Shown one piece after another: positions 37,550-50,597 of a stretch of DNA of 64,000 nt (positions are counted from its first letter, which is position 1; each line of letters opens with the position of its first letter). The position numbers and the translations under genes were made by a program. The DNA comes from a virus. Taxonomy: Duplodnaviria; Caudoviricetes. The notes under the pieces are model-generated. The model ran no database searches, was not told the origin of the DNA, and was given only the letters and a program-made list of their open reading frames with translations. Where the stretch lies: IMG/VR virus record IMGVR_UViG_3300022660_000081, positions 2,500-66,499 of that record; one strand, given 5' to 3'.

Positions 37550-38374
37550 ATGAGCGTTTCAGCAGATTACAGAAGACTCTTACGTAGAGAAATCAAAATC
37601 AGAACGATAATCGAAAAATCATTCAAGAAACAAAGTGAATTCTTACAAGCACATCTAAAAGACTTATATGAGAACTACAAATACAATATAGAACTTACAC
37701 GAAACAAGCTAAACAATGAACACGTGCATATATATAGAGAAAAGAAAGACCGATTTGACATAGAGAACAATGAGCCGTTATGATGATTCCGAAGAAGTAT
37801 GTGAATATATGATATGATTGATTCAATGAAGCCACAGATAAAAAAGTCAGTCGAGAAGTGATATAAGAGAAGTTATAGATTATTAGAGCCGTTATTGAAA
37901 GAAAATTGATTCAGATACTATGAAGATGTAATAAGTAATTATGAGAATTATCGATGAGAATTAGAGCTATCAGATTACAAATGAAGTATAAGCCATACAA
38001 CGAAGCACGATGTAATAGAAATATTGAAGAATTGAATCGATAATAATCTGACAGTTGATGAAGTTGCAAAAGAAATAGAAAAGAAAAGTGAAGTGTTGTT
38101 CTGAAAATGACGTGCTAATACCATAGCGATTACAGAAATATGAAAAGCATATGAATATTGAAACTATCAGCCAATTAAACAGTTGAGTGATGTGTGAATT
38201 CCTATGGAGAAGAAACGAGAAACTTGCCACGATTCAAGAGTAAGACCAGAACATCGTGAATGTGAAGAATTATGACGAGTGAGTGTTGACTATACATACC
38301 CAAGTGTATGAGTTGCCATTCCACCTTGATGACCAAATTGTCGTTGCACAATTCTATACCGTAGAGCAAAATAG
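37550..38374 (+). CDS. Minor head protein (Mu F/SPP1 gp7-like), 274 aa
   Basis: RANTIAITEIGKAYEYG...KK(W)ETCHDSRVRPEH...PPGGPNCRC. Confidence 0.85.
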
Positions 38375-38396
38375 ATTTATATCTTACAAAAGAACA

Positions 38397-39671
38397 ATGA
38401 AGAAGTTCAAATTAGTAAAAGACAAGTGATACTTCCAATCACTTCGAGAAACAAAATCTGTGAAAGAAACAGAAGATTGAGCTGTTGAGATAAGCTGATA
38501 TGCTTCAACAAAAGACAAAGACAGATGATGAGATGTTGTTGAGCCAAAAGCTTTTCAATCAGCATTAGAAAGATATATGACAAACCCAATTGTTTTGCTT
38601 CAACATAAAATGGACAAGCCAATTGGAATTGTTGAAGAAGCTAATATTGATGACAACTGATTATTTATCAAAGCCAAGATATCACAGAATACTGATTGAG
38701 TAATGGACTTAATCAAGAATGGAGTATTAAGAGCTTTCTCAATCTGATATTCAGTAAAAGATTATGATACTGATGTTCGTGAGCTTGCAGATTGAACATA
38801 TGATATGACAAACATCATTAAAGATTTAGAGCTTTACGAGATAAGTGTTGTTTCTGTTCCAATGAACCCATACGCATTGAGTAAGTCTATTGAAGATTTG
38901 CTTGAAGTAGAAGAACACGAAGAAGAATCAGAAGAAGAAGTTGTAGAAGAAGAAAGCGAAGAAAAAGAAGAAGAAACATCAGTTCAGACTGTTGCAGAAA
39001 GTGAGCAGACAGAAGAAGCTGTTGAAGAATGAGCAGATGTTCAAGAAGAAGAAAAATCAGAAGAAATTGAGTCAGAAGAAATAGAAGAAACAGAAGAACG
39101 CCCAAACGAAGAAGTTGAAGCAAAAGAGATTTGCGAAGAAGCAGACGATAAGAAAGAATGAGTAGTAGAAACTATAAATTCAGAAGAAGTAGAAGAAGTA
39201 GAAACAAAGGTTGATGATTCTTTAATGGAAGAAGACACAATTAAAGAAATCAACGAAATCAATTGAGCAGATGAAAATTCTGAAATAAGTGATGAAGCAG
39301 AAGTTGAAGAAAGTTCTGAAAATGATTCTGAAACTGAATCAAACGATGTTGAAGTCGTTGAAAAACACGATGAAGAAATCGTTGAAACTAAATCAATGGA
39401 AGTAGAATCACAAAAATGATTCGATTTTGAGTCTAAAATCGCACAGCTTACGAAATCATTTGATGATAAGCTTGCAATGAAAGATGAGCAAATCAAATCA
39501 CTTGAATCAAAAGTTGAACAAATGACGAAGCTTTTCGCTGAATCATTAGAAACTATTGATAGAATGGCGACTGCTGTAAAGAATACACCAGTCAATAGTG
39601 GACTTCAATATAAAAGACCACTTAAAAAATGATGATACTTTGACATTGCGTCAATCATCAAATCTTTATAA
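38397..39671 (+). CDS. HK97-type prohead protease with a long Glu-rich linker and C-terminal coiled coil, 424 aa
   Basis: ISGYASTKDKDRGGDVV...VLLQHKMDKPIG...GLFIKAK...RAFSIG...LELYEISVVSVPMNPYA. Confidence 0.9.
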
Positions 39672-39696
39672 TCTTTATTTCGTATTTTAATTACAA

Positions 39697-40785
39697 ATGA
39701 ACTTCAAAGACCTTATTGCAGAAGCAAGAAAACAAGCAAAAATCTTCGTAAAAGAAGAAGTTGTAGAAAAGCCAGAAGTAGAAGAAGAAGCAAAAGCAAA
39801 CGAAGTTATGAACACGTGAGCTACAAACTTTTGAGCTGAATTAATTCCTACTAATGTAGTAGCAGACCCTTTACTTGATATGTTAGGAAACTATTCAAGA
39901 TTATTGCCATTACTTCCTTGAAATCACGGAAACAATATGGCTATTTCAGAAGTTGTTCCAGTAATTGGAGAAGCAAACTTATTCCAATGAAATACTGAAT
40001 GGACAACTGGTGCTGGAAGTCTTACACCAGCTAATAATTGACCAATGACTGATAAAGTAGTTATTTCTCAATGACAATTCATCACTACTGTTGATGTATC
40101 TGATAGAGAACTTACTTATGCTACTGATAGATTAGAAGCTATCATTAGAGAAAGAGTAAACAGAAGTGCTGGTGAAACTATTGACGCTGTAATAATCAAT
40201 GGAGATAGTGCAACAACTGGAAATGTAAACTGAACATATTCAGCAACTGCTTACTACGCACAGCAAGATAATGGAATCAGAAAAGTTGGAATCGCAAATA
40301 CAGCTATTTCTGTTGGAACTCTTACATCTGCACAATATCTTGCAGTTAAAGATGTTCTTGACCCAAGATATCAAGCTGAATTAAATGACTTATTATTCAT
40401 TGAGCCAAGCAATGTTTATAGCAAATCATTAGCTTTGTCTGAATTGATTACTATGGACAAATTCTGACCAAACGCAACAATATCAACTGGTGTTTTGGCT
40501 AAAATCTGGAATATAGATGTATTAGTTGCAAAGAACTTCCCAGCAAAGACTGATTCAACAGGAGTTGTTTCAGCTACATCTTCTGATAATACAAAAGGAA
40601 GTTTCGCTTGTGTTTATAAGCCAGCTATTCAGTATGGTTTCGGAAAACCTTTACAAATCGAAGTTGGACGTGTTCTTGGAAAAGGAATCAAAATCGTTGC
40701 AACTATGGAATTCTGATTCGCTATTGTAAACAACAAAGCTGGACTTGGAAAGACAGTTGGACTTGGAGTAAATGTTTCATTATAG
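39697..40785 (+). CDS. Phage B major capsid protein (HK97 fold), 362 aa
   Basis: GAELIPTNVVAD...; IDAVIINGD; follows the protease; terminator after the stop. Confidence 0.85.
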
Positions 40786-40794
40786 CATAAATTC

Positions 40795-40830
40795 AATGGA
40801 AGAACATCTGCAATATGGTGTTCTTCCAAA
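40795..40830 (+). terminator. Hairpin after the capsid gene
   Basis: TGGAAGAACA/TGTTCTTCCA stem. Confidence 0.55.
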
Positions 40831-40858
40831 GAACTTTATATCAATATCTAAACAAGAA

Positions 40859-41056
40859 ATGGAGAAGAAAATATTAAAAGCAATTCTTGAAGATGAACTC
40901 GTTGATTGAGTAGAAATCAAGAAGTGAGAAAAACACGAGTTTGATAAATCAATGGCTGAATACTTATTAAGAGCATATGGAAGCCACCGAGAAGAAGTTC
41001 AAGAAGAAGCAAAAGAAGAAAAGAAAGCTGAAAAGAAAGTCAGCAAAAAGAAATAA
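40859..41056 (+). CDS. 65-aa head accessory protein
   Basis: Open with TGA=Gly; Lys/Glu-rich tail; position after the capsid gene. Confidence 0.6.
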
Positions 41057-41076
41057 TTTAGTAAGAAACAATCATA

Positions 41077-41667
41077 ATGAGCTATTCAACACTTGCACAA
41101 TTCAAAGCCTATCTATGAATGGACGAATCAGATACGAGTCAAGATACACTTTTGACATCATTCTTGAATTCAGCAAATGAGAAGTTGAACAATCTTTGTT
41201 GAGTAGATAGTTTTTCTCTATGAACACAGAAACAAACTATTGAATCAAGATGAATATATGATTCACCAAGATGACTTGAATTCTATTTGAAGAATAAGCC
41301 AGTTGTAAGCATTGATAAAATCAATTGAGAAGCAACGCCACGAGTAAAGTGAACAGATTATCTTGTTATCTATGACAGAAGAATAATTTGTAAGAAAATA
41401 GCTTTGAATGATTGGTGAATGGCTGAAATCGAATATACAGCTTGATATCAAACTATTCCAGATGATTTGAAACTAATGGAAATGATGTTAGCAAGCTGAA
41501 TGCGACAAGAACATAATTACGAATGAGTTCAATCTTATAGATTATGAGATGAATCAATCACATTCGGAAGTAAGACTTGAAGCAACTGAACATTGACACC
41601 AGATGACCAATATTTCAGCTTTTCAACACTTCTAAACAAATATAAGAACTTTAATTTGCCAATCTAA
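41077..41667 (+). CDS. Head-tail connector (gp6-like), 196 aa
   Basis: YSTLAQFKAYLG...DTLLTSFLNSA...IEYTAGYQTIPDDLK...YRLGDESITF. Confidence 0.85.
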
Positions 41668-41671
41668 ATCA

Positions 41672-41974
41672 ATGAGCATATTATACAACAAGAAAGCATA
41701 TCTATACAAATATATCACTAATGAAAATATGGTATCAAGCTATTCAGAAACTTGAATCTTGTTTGCTTGTAATATTCAGCCAGTAAGCACAAAAGACTGA
41801 ATTGTTTGAGAAGCTTTTTTGAAGACAAAAAAGATGTATTCAGATAAGCAAGTAGAAGTTGGAGATAAAGTAGTATGCGATAGTATTTCTTACATAGTAA
41901 ATAGTGTTGAACATCGAGATTGAGCAAAGAGAAAGTATTACAAATCATTTATTGTAGAAAGCAATTGAAACTAA
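41672..41974 (+). CDS. Head closure protein, 100 aa
   Basis: Position and size; ...VEVGDKVV...YIVNSVE. Confidence 0.65.
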
Positions 41975-42366
41975 TGGACATCACATTCAATGGCGACCGA
42001 GATAAAGTTGAGAATCTTGATAAATCTGTATCGTCAGCTGTTCAAACAATACTTACAGACATTGCATTATTGATTCAGAACAAAGCGAAACAGAACGCAC
42101 CAGTTCGAAGACGTGAAAATTACCCACCAACGCCAAGCAATAAGAAAAGGAGATGATGAACATTAAGAAAAAGCATTTCAACAGATTTCAATAGAATTCA
42201 AAGATGAATGGTTGTTGTATGAAGTGATGTAAAATATGCAAAAGTTCGTGAATTTGTGAACAACTTACAGCCAACAACAAAGAAATATTTGCGAAGATGA
42301 TATTCTGAAAATAAAGACCAAATTCAGAAGATTATCAATGAAGATTTATCAAAGGAATTAAAATAA
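41974..42366 (+). CDS. HK97 gp10-like neck protein, 130 aa
   Basis: AKQNAPV...GTLRKSI...VGSDVKYAK. Confidence 0.8.
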
Positions 42367-42810
42367 ATGTCAATTACATACAGCTTCAAAGAAATATGAG
42401 ATACAATCTATCAATATATGAATCAAATCAAAGATACAGATTTGAAAGTTTGAGCAGTATATAATCACGACATAAAGATAGAAAATTGAATCAGTCTTCC
42501 AGCAATTATTATTACCCCAAGCAATTGAGCAGTTAGTTTATTAGATAGTTGTAGTTATGAAAATCAAATCAATTACACAGTAAGACTGATTGATAGAACA
42601 TACAGCAATTATTGAGATGTAGAAGACAATATAAGAGTAGTTGCTGATATGGTATTACAAAAGCTAAAAGAAATCTGAACGATTACTTGGACTAATAGTA
42701 ATTGAAAGACCGTAAAATGTGAATTTGATTATGAACGATGATTCACAGACACGCAAGAGCCTTTTAGAGTGTTCGAAGTAAGTTGTAGATTCACATCAAT
42801 TGAGCAATAG
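42367..42810 (+). CDS. Tail terminator-like protein, 147 aa
   Basis: Position; LPAIIITP motif. Confidence 0.6.
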
Positions 42811-42827
42811 TTTATATCTTAATTATA

Positions 42828-43010
42828 ATGAAAATGGCGAGAAAATGTAAAAACTGCCCAGAAAAGGAAGAAATATCAAATGTAAAAGCAAAATCAGAAA
42901 GGAAATACAGCTTCCCAGCATTGTGAATAGTTGTAGAAGCAAAGAGCCTTGAAGAAGCTTACAAGAAAGTAAAAGCATTGACTGAATATAAAAACAAGTG
43001 AATAGAATAA
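42828..43010 (+). CDS. 60-aa hypothetical protein
   Basis: Open with TGA=Gly between the terminator-like and tail tube genes. Confidence 0.55.
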
Positions 43011-43034
43011 TTTATTTTATAAACAATTATAAAA

Positions 43035-44174
43035 ATGTCAGACGCATTTATCGGAAGAAAGTCAGCAATATGACTTTGAATCGAATCAACAAGATGAACA
43101 GCTGTTCAGCCAGTTGTATGGTTGCCAAAAACAGCTTGAACATTAAACCCAACAACAGAATCAGCATTAGATGATTCTTGATATGGAGTAATTGATGAAG
43201 TATATGATTCATTCACTACTAAAAATTTCTCTTGATTATCATTAGAGTGAAACGTTAAAAACGATTCAATTTGATACTTATTAGAGCTTGCATTAGGAAG
43301 CTATGAAAAATTGAAAGTTTTCACTTGAACACCTACTTGATGAACTCCTAAAAGATGAGATACAGTTTCTTGATGAGTGTTGAGAAAGATTCTTGTAATA
43401 GGAAATACTACTTATTATTGTTTTGATTGAAGTGTTTCAGCGTGAGTAATTTCAAACTGAACTTGGACTATGACGTGAGTTGCAGTAAATGACTTCAATG
43501 TTCATTTATTTAGTAGATTAAACAGCAATACACACCCAAGTGCAACAATCTATGATATAGACCCAGTTGCCTGAAGTTATGCACCATTCTGTATGATAAA
43601 TACATTCGAATTGTCTTGTGAAGTTGCAGACTATATGAAATTTAGTGCAGAATTCCAATGAAAGCAAATGCAAGCAATCGCCCCTTGAAGTGAGCCAACG
43701 CCAGCATATTCAGATGAGCCAACATTCACAGCTTCAATGTGTTGAGTAAGATTTGCAGATGATGAAGCTTCTCTAAATTCAGCTGATGAAGTATGTATGC
43801 AGAATTTTAGAGTAGCTATCAATAAGAATCTTACAGATATTCAATGTTTTGGAAGCACAGATGTTGATTCATTATATAATCAGCAATTCTGAATTGAGTG
43901 AGATTTTGAAGCATTATTTGATGATACAACATTAAGAGATTATGCTTTGAATAGCACAAAGAAAGCAGTCAGATTCTACGCAGAAAACGGAACTTGAAAC
44001 GACTTTTCAGCAATCTATGTAGATTTGATGAAAGTATGATTAAACGACCGAGCAAAATCTGATTGAAATAATGATATTGTAAAGCAAACAATGTGATTTA
44101 CTGGACAATATTCAAATACAGATTGAGCTTCTATTGAAATCGTTCTAATCAATGGAAATTCAACTTGATACTAA
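43035..44174 (+). CDS. Major tail tube protein, 379 aa
   Basis: FIGRKSAIGLGIESTRGTAVQP...; position before the chaperone and tape measure genes. Confidence 0.8.
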
Positions 44175-44319
44175 TCGACCAGTATTCTCGTGAGCCTATC
44201 GAATGAAGCTAAAAGAACGAGAATCATATATCAACGGCGACTGCTGGCTTTCTTCTCTTGTGCCGTGTAGTCGCCTAATATAAACAAGAGAAATTCTTTA
44301 CAATTTAATACAAGAGAAG

Positions 44320-44601
44320 ATGAAAGTAAAAATCAATTGAGCAGATGTAGAAGTTCAATTCACATCAGCATATACAAGATGAATAGATAAAGAATTCAAT
44401 AAAATTCTTTTCAAGTGAGTAAAAGCAAACACAAACTCTATTTCTCAATGAGTAGAAATGAATCTTGAAAATGTTCAAGACGCAAATGATTATATCGTAA
44501 AAGCTATGACAAATCTTAATGAAGAACAAATCGCACAGCTTTCAATAAACGATTACAACGATATTCTTGCAGAAATAGAAAAAATCAAAATACCCAGCTA
44601 A
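44320..44601 (+). CDS. Tail assembly chaperone G, 93 aa
   Basis: Between the tail tube and tape measure genes; ends ...EKIKIPS TAA. Confidence 0.7.
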
Positions 44602-44848
44602 TAATGATGAAATAATCAATCAATTCGTAAAAACGCTGAAAACTTGAAAGAATCTTACAAAAGAACATCGTGATTATGTATTGATGAAAGAAGTATATCA
44701 TTGTTCGCCAACTGAATTAGACAAACAAGATGAATATATATTAGACTTACATTTCAGAATGCTACAAAAAGAAAGAGAATTCGAATATATAGAAAGGAAA
44801 AGAGCAGAACAGAAAGCAAAAATGAATAGTTTATCACATAAGAAATAG
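44582..44848 (+). CDS. Tail chaperone T extension, reached by a +1/-2 frameshift
   Basis: Open +1 frame from 44579 with no suitable start near its 5' end; YHCSPTELDKQ motif typical of GT extensions. Confidence 0.6.
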
Positions 44849-44851
44849 TAA

Positions 44852-46618
44852 ATGGCTGATTCATCAACTTATACCTTATGACTTGTAATTACAGCACAGA
44901 ATAAAGCGATAGAAGAAATCAATAAGCTTTGAAAATCTGTTGATAATGTGAAATGATGAATCACAAAGCTTTCTGAAACAACAAAAAAAACTTTGAAAAC
45001 AATCTGAACAACAGCAACAGCTATCGCTTGAAGTGTTGTTGCATTATGAAAAACTTTTGTTGATTCAGCATTAGAGAACGAGCCATTACAAAGAAGTTAT
45101 GAAAGATTGACAGAAACAGCACAAATTTCAGCAGATGAAATGCTAAAAGCTATGAGAAAAGCTTCAAAGTGAACTGTTTCAGATACAAAACTTATGGCTT
45201 CTGCAAATACAGCCCTTTCATTGAATGTAGTAAAATCAGCTGATGATATGGCGACTCTTATGGAAATCGCAAGAGTGAAATGACAAGCAATGTGAAGAAG
45301 TATGGAAGAAGCACTTGATGACATCGTAAGATGATTATGACGTGCAAGCCCAATGATTCTTGATAATCTTTGAATAGTTATCAATCAAACAGAAGCACAA
45401 GAAGAATATGCTAAACAACTTTGAAAAACAGCTTCACAATTGACAGAAGCAGAAAAGAAACAAGCCCTTGTAAATGCAGTTGTAAAGCAAGGAAAACAAG
45501 AATTGCTTGAAACGTGAGAATTGCAATTGACTATGGCTGAAAGATTACAAGTTGTAAATGCACAACGAGAAAATATGAAGAATACACTTGGTGAAGCTTT
45601 GTTGCCAATAGTTCAAAGAGTATTAGAAGCTATTACACCTATTATAGAAAGAGTTTCAGAACGAATAGAACAAAACCCAGAACTTACAGCAAATATTATG
45701 CTTACTGTTTGAGCAGTTGCTTGATTAGTTGCTGTATTATCTTGACTTGCATTAGCATTGCCTTGAATAGCAACAGCAATTGGAGTTTTGAGCTGACCTA
45801 TTTGACGAGTTCTTGCTTGAATTACAGCATTAGCAATAGCTTGGAAGAATAATTGGTGATGAATACAAGACAAAACAAAAGAAGCAGTTGCAGATATAGA
45901 AGAAAGAATCTGACCACGAATTGAAAAAATAAGAACACGATTTGAAGAACATTCTATTGAAATCAATACTTATCGATTTGCTTTACGAGAATGAATCAAA
46001 TGAATCTTATCGTGAGCAATAGAATTCATAACTTGAAGTCTTACAATGTTCTTTGATTGACTTTCTATAATGATGTCTTTCTTTTCGTGAGATTTTCAAT
46101 CAGCACGAGAATGATTATGACAGTTTCTTGATGATTTCGCTATTACGGTTGATAATACTATGACAGAAGCCTTTGGAGATATGCGAACTAATATCAAAAA
46201 CTGATTTCTTGAATGATATAATACTTGTGTAGACTTATTGCAAAGACTTTACAACTTTATTCAAAGTATTGTTGCTTGAATCAGAAACGCTTGGAATAGT
46301 ATGACATCAGCAGTAAGTAGTTTTGTTGATAGGTGAGTAAGTGAAGCAAAAAGTCTTATAAAAAGAATGTCGTCTTGAAAGAAAGCTTGATGATGAGTTG
46401 TATATTGATGAGAAACATATCTTGTATGAGAAAACTGACCAGAATTATTCACACCAAGCCAAAGATGAATGATTACTCCAAATAATCAGATTACAAATAA
46501 TAATGGAATAGAAATCAATATTTCGTGAGTAAGTGTAAGAAATGATGAAGATATCAATGCACTTGCAAATGAGATAGTAAGACAAATCAAATTAGAGAAA
46601 GATTTTGGAATAGCTTAA
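44852..46618 (+). CDS. Tape measure protein, 588 aa
   Basis: Ala/Gly-rich helical protein with TM-like stretch; C-terminal GGVVYGGETYLVGENGPELFTP motif. Confidence 0.9.
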
Positions 46619-46641
46619 TTTTACATCAAATCAGATAGAAA

Positions 46642-47472
46642 ATGGACGATATATTATTGAATAGTTGATTGCTATGAAATGCTTGACAGAAAAAGCTAAA
46701 AAAAGCAGAAAGCTGAATGTTCATTTTCAATTGATACAATCTTCACAACTGAACAACAAGAAAGATTATCAATTCGAATCACGATGATTTGTGAAGTATG
46801 GCTTTTGAAACATATAATTACCCAAGAGCAGATTGATGAAATGCTTTGAGTAAGTATTACAGAACAAAGACAATTACTATGACAATGAGCCTTACAGCAC
46901 CAACAGAAGAATGATTGAATGATTTGATAGATGAGCTAAAATTTCAAACAAGCAAAACTCAATGATATCTTGATATAATTATCAATGGAATAGTAAGAAG
47001 ACGAGAAGCAACTTTGACTTCTTTGCAGTTTTGAAGACAATCTTATAATGTGAATCGAATATGAACTGTTCAATTAAGATTTGAATGCGTAAACCCATTA
47101 TCATTCACACTTACATCAATTACAAATACATTTTCTTGAATTAGTGGTGCTTATGCGACTGAAATAAATTACACGTGAAAAGTTGTAGCTTACCCAACAA
47201 TTTATCTAATCGTGCAAGCTGAATACGATTTGAATAGTTTCTCTATCGATATGAACTGATATATCTTCACAATAAATCAGTCAATTTTACCGTGAGATTT
47301 GATTACAATAGATTGAGAAACAAAACTCGTAAAAATCAATGGAGTTATAGTTCCATATAATTGACCATTCCCAGCAATTGAGCCTTGATTGAATCACATA
47401 GAAACAAGCTTGAATAGTTGAGCATTAGCAAATTACGATATGATATTTATATACAAAAACTTGTTCTTGTAA
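46642..47472 (+). CDS. Distal tail protein (Dit-like), 276 aa
   Basis: Follows the tape measure gene; QLRFECVNP...DLITIDGETK...IEPGLNHI. Confidence 0.7.
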
Positions 47473-48524
47473 TGAATAGATATGACATCAAAGTATTCAA
47501 TAAAAATGGAGTCTATCAATCAACGATAAACCCTAATCTGATTATGAATGACATATCTTTTTCTGAAAATACGAACTGATGACAATGACAATTGAATCTG
47601 AATCTTGCATTAGATTTTTGAGATACAACATTCTCTTGATGAGAAATTATTAAGGTTATATTGTATTCAGAAAGATACAAGCAAGGAAAACAGATATATA
47701 TGTGATATGTTTCACAAATTTCAAGAATCTATGAGATAAACAAATGATACATCAATATTGTATGCTTATGAATAGCAAGTTTATTGACAAAGATTCTATA
47801 TGCTTGAAGTTATTCTTGAAGCGTAGCAACATTATTGAATTGAATCATTGCAGAATTCAATTCTAATTATTCTTGAAACCTAATTACAGTATGAAGAATT
47901 GATTCGTTTTCTTCATCTTTGAGCTTTGATTTTGATAATAATATCACTTGTTCGAAAGCAATAGATAAAATCGCAGATTCTTGCAATTACTATCGATTTG
48001 TAAATTCAGAATGAGTATTTTCTTTCAGAAAGAAATGAACGCAGACAAATCATATAGTAGCGAATAAACAAGCTTTGGAGTCTATGAAATTGAATTACAA
48101 TATAGAATCAATGGTGAATAGATTCTATGTATCAAGAAAAGACTGAACAATAAAGACTTACAATGATACAACATCACAAAATACATATTGAATCAAAGAA
48201 AAATACCAGCAACAGACAAGTTTAGAGAATGAAGCAACACAAGATGAATATTGAAACAACTATATTTCACAATATTCAACCCCAAAGAATGCTTCAACAA
48301 TAGTTATCAATTCAGAATATGATATTGAGTCAATTATTCCGTGAGATACAATCACAGTAGTGAATACTACATATCCAGTTCATAATCTACTGATAGAAAA
48401 AATAAATTACAGACCAGATAGAATTACACTTACACTTGAAGAAAATGAAACATTGCGAAGCGTAATAAGTGAATAATTGAGAATATTCAGATTTATTTAT
48501 CGTATTCGTAATTGGTGATTATAA
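47472..48524 (+). CDS. Baseplate hub/tail-tip protein, 350 aa
   Basis: Follows Dit; start overlaps the Dit stop. Confidence 0.6.
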
Positions 48525-48560
48525 TACCAACAATATAGATTTATTTCTTATACAGACAAT

Positions 48561-50597
48561 ATGGCTTTCACAAAATATCAAAACACGAATAATGCCAGTT
48601 CGTTATTGATAGCTGATATTTCAGCAAGTGCAACAACAATGTTGATTACTGACGGCGACCAGAATCTATTCCCAAGTAAATTCCCATTTTTGCTTACATT
48701 AGAACATCTTGATTCTGAATGAAATGTAATATTAAGAGAAATCGTAAAAGCAACAGCTTGAAATCAGAATTCTTATACTGTCGTAAGATGAGCTTGAACT
48801 TGTGTTCAAGATGATACAGCTTCAAATAGAAGCCAAGATAATACAGCACACGCTTTCTATTCGTGAGATAGAGTTTCATTATATCGAACATCTGAACAAG
48901 TAAAAGACATTCAAGATAGATTAGAAACATCAGCAAATGATACAGCAATAGCAGATGAATATAGTTCTTCTCAAACATATACAATATGAGATATTGTAAT
49001 GTATAAATGAGATAGATATGTATGTTCAACAGATGTTTCAACAGCCGAAGAATTTGATTCTACAAAATGGACAAAAGTTTCAGTTCAATATGATTTAGCA
49101 CAAGCACAAGAAGATATAGAAATTTTGAAAAATTCTTGATGAAGTTCAGACCACCTTGAAGAAGAATGTCTTGTATGAGAAAAATATGTTGCAACAGATA
49201 AACTATTCAAACAAGAAACGCCAAGTCTTGATAATTCAACAGTTGATTATAATATATGAGATGTTGCTACAAACACACAAGTTCACATACAAAGAATCGG
49301 AAGTTGAGTAGCAAGTAATACAGTAAAATTGAAAGTAAAGATGACTTGAAGCCCAACAACAGCTTTACATTGTGATGTATATGAATGAACATCTTATGAT
49401 GTATCATCTACTGAAAAAGCTTGGACTTGAACTACATTACTTGCTTCAAGTCAAGTTGCATATACGAGCATAAGTTCAAGCTATGCTGAAATCACTTTCA
49501 CATTAGATAATGAAATCTGATGAACTGAATGACAGCTTCTTGATGTTGTAGTATATCAAGACAATAATACTGTAAACGCTTCAAACTATTATCAAATAGC
49601 TTGTGATTCTACACAATATTCAGAAGCTTTCAGATGTGTATCAGTAAATGGAAGCACAAAAACGCCAAGCTATCTAATGCCATATTGTTCAAGTGATTGA
49701 TTTGCACAATATTTATTATGTAAAGTCAGTTTTTTGGCTTCAAATTTAGAACGAACTTGAAATATTTCAAGTGGTATTTCGTGAAATTCAACTTCGACCG
49801 TTGCAATGGCATTGACAAACCCAACTAATCAACCGATTAAAGTTCCATATTCATCATTGAGTATCACTTGTCGTGCAAATGTAAATTCGGCTATATACGT
49901 TGGTCTTCGAGTTTATGATAGTTCTTGAACGTGAACGTCGAATTGAATAAATTACGGCTATGCAACAACAACAGACGCTACATATACTTGAAATGCTTCT
50001 AATTTATTTAGTCTTCCAGCGTGAAGTTCTTTAAGAATTTGATTTTACAACAGCACATCAACATCTCGTGCATACGTTATAACGAAATATGAATTTCATT
50101 TTGATTGAATTGATAAAAAAAACAACATAAAATCAGAAGTTTCTTGATATGCAGTAAATTGACAAATCTTCAATATATGAGAAATGTGAAAGTTTGCATT
50201 TCGGTGAATAAATAATTGAGAATTCTATACAACAGTTCCTATTTATGATACGAGAACGAAATATCTTATGACAAATGCTGTTGTCAATTCGTCAGCAATA
50301 TATTATAGAACAACAGCAGATGTAGAATGACAATATATGCTTATTGCAAGCATTTGATATTATTCTTGACAATCACATAGCTGATTCACTCTTACCCTTT
50401 GAGATAAGGCATTTTGGAGTTGAGCAACTGTAAGACAATGAGAAACTTTTGTTATGTCAAACCGATTAAAAGTTTGAGATACAATTCAAGTTTATGATAC
50501 TTGACATTGAAACACAACCTATTATGCTGAACTTAGGTGGTGCTTATTATGACCAATGTGAAGTAGTATTACTTCAATGACAGCTTCTACTTCCTAA
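48561..50597 (+). CDS. Tail fibre/receptor-binding protein, 678 aa (constant N-terminal ~381 aa plus variable C-terminus 1)
   Basis: Single frame; CBM-like YSSSQTYNIGDIVMYKGDRYVC segment; Ser/Thr/Gly-rich C-terminus; crossover site at 49702-24. Confidence 0.85.

Noticed and set aside
14039-40785. TAG reassignment (code 15)
   Set aside because: TAG terminates TerL of phage A, the capsid of phage B and others at sensible positions, and I saw none inside conserved frames.
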